From Waddliaceae bacterium (GTDB lineage: Bacteria > Chlamydiota > Chlamydiia > Chlamydiales > SLFE01): DNA of 7,256 nucleotides. Where the stretch lies: the NCBI GenBank assembly GCA_963783885.1, contig CAWAPJ010000040.1:1-7256 (forward strand), given 5' to 3'. The first letter of the stretch is position 1. The number at the start of each line of letters is the position of its first letter. A program made the position numbers and the translations under genes. The notes below the pieces were generated by a model. That model ran no database searches, had not been told where the DNA came from, and saw nothing but the letters and a program-made list of their open reading frames with translations. Positions 6,420 through 7,256 of this stretch are shown here, piece after piece.

Positions 6420-6902
6420 CTATTTACATTCTATGCAACCTTGCGGGGGACACTCGCTGCATTGACTGCAGTCCGGAGGATAATACTTGCACCTTCTATA
6501 GCATTGTTTGGGAACCCAATTGACATGCCGATTGTATTTAACGCATTTCTGATACGTATAATACCTGCTATAGGTATCAACCGGCTCATACTGCAGGATT
6601 TTTTGCGTATAGACTTTTGGTTCGTATTTAATAAATTTTTGCTCATAGTAGCGGGGAACATATTTGACTCCCCTATTCCATTTTTCTTCGGGTATGTAAG
6701 TGCATTCGGGAATTTTGCATGTCTCGCATACATACTTCACATAAGGTTGGTAACAGTACCTAGGCTCCTGATCGCAACCTCCCTGATACCAGCCGACAGG
6801 CATCGAACACCCCGACCGGCATGGCCGTTTTTGACGCCAACCAGCTTCTAAAGAAGAAAAAACAATCAGAAAATACAAAATGATTGAAATTGTAGATTTC
6901 AT
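6420..6902 (-). CDS. Exported Cys/Tyr-rich 12-aa-repeat protein B, 160 aa, paralog of A
   Basis: ATG 6902 with GGGG 8 nt upstream (alternative TTG 6908); signal peptide ending LEA|GW; 15 Cys and 21 Tyr; C-terminal CxxCxxC...CxxC. Confidence 0.82.
   Translation of the reverse strand: MKSTISIILYFLIVFSSLEAGWRQKRPCRSGCSMPVGWYQGGCDQEPRYCYQPYVKYVCETCKIPECTYIPEEKWNRGVKYVPRYYEQKFIKYEPKVYTQKILQYEPVDTYSRYYTYQKCVKYNRHVNWVPKQCYRRCKYYPPDCSQCSECPPQGCIECK
6489..6740 (-). repeat. 7 x 12-aa coding repeat in protein B
   Basis: VKYVCETCKIPE / CTYIPEEKWNRG / VKYVPRYYEQKF / IKYEPKVYTQKI / LQYEPVDTYSRY / YTYQKCVKYNRH / VNWVPKQCYRRC. Confidence 0.8.
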
Positions 6903-6962
6903 CCCCAAAACCCCAAATTAGTTATCAAACCTTACTTTCCGGATTTCGGAGTTATTTCGCAA

Positions 6963-7256
6963 TCATTTTTGACAAGATTCGGGGACTGGGGGAGCAAAAT
7001 GATCGTAGGCAATCTCAACCGCCTTCGGCTGAAAGCTGGAGTCAATATTCAATTTCCACCAACCATATGTGCCCACCCGGGCGGAACTTTTGTAAAGCTT
7101 CCACTCTCCAAACCGTTCTTTGACGCAGGCGCTGATATATATGGGCATATAGCATTGACTATAAAAAGTCAGGGTTGATTGAAACGCGTTCAGAGGAGCC
7201 CAGCCCTTGTATTCGACGCACACAGGATATGGGATACTATCTTTAACTACTTCCTT
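6963..7256 (-). CDS. Hypothetical protein, C-terminal fragment (5' end outside the window)
   Basis: The frame stays open from TGA 6963-6965 to the window edge (KEVVKDSIPYPVCVEYKGW...PESCQK). Co-oriented with protein B and 60 nt upstream of it. Confidence 0.6.
   Translation of the reverse strand, partial: KEVVKDSIPYPVCVEYKGWAPLNAFQSTLTFYSQCYMPIYISACVKERFGEWKLYKSSARVGTYGWWKLNIDSSFQPKAVEIAYDHFAPPVPESCQK

Noticed and set aside
5594..6902. Naming the Cys-rich genes omcA/omcB, or calling them metallothionein, ferredoxin or RiPP precursors
   Set aside because: No lipobox, far shorter than OmcB, Sec-type signals with a 12-aa periodic architecture, and no modifying enzymes nearby.
5771..7178. ORFs 5771-6154, 6381-6851, 6431-6733 and 6969-7178
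   Set aside because: Antisense or alternative-frame products; the hydrophobic look of the first two comes from the complement of Tyr/Lys/Cys codons.

Overview
Gene-dense bacterial window. The gene content suggests an environmental Chlamydiae-like intracellular bacterium (inference). In order: a 111-nt ERIC/RPE-like palindromic element; a eukaryote-type mitochondrial carrier (SLC25/Mito_carr) gene with a Ser/Thr-rich N-terminus (-); a second, unrelated palindromic element built from CACAGAG units; an msrA-purT pair (-) whose MsrA has a signal peptide; a divergent FadE10/VLCAD-like acyl-CoA dehydrogenase plus hotdog thioesterase pair (+); an intrinsic terminator; two paralogous exported Cys/Tyr-rich proteins, each built from seven 12-aa repeats (-); and the 3' end of a hypothetical gene. 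The most notable items are the candidate mitochondria-targeted carrier effector and the 12-aa-repeat Cys/Tyr envelope-protein pair. All family assignments are from motif recognition; no searches were run.
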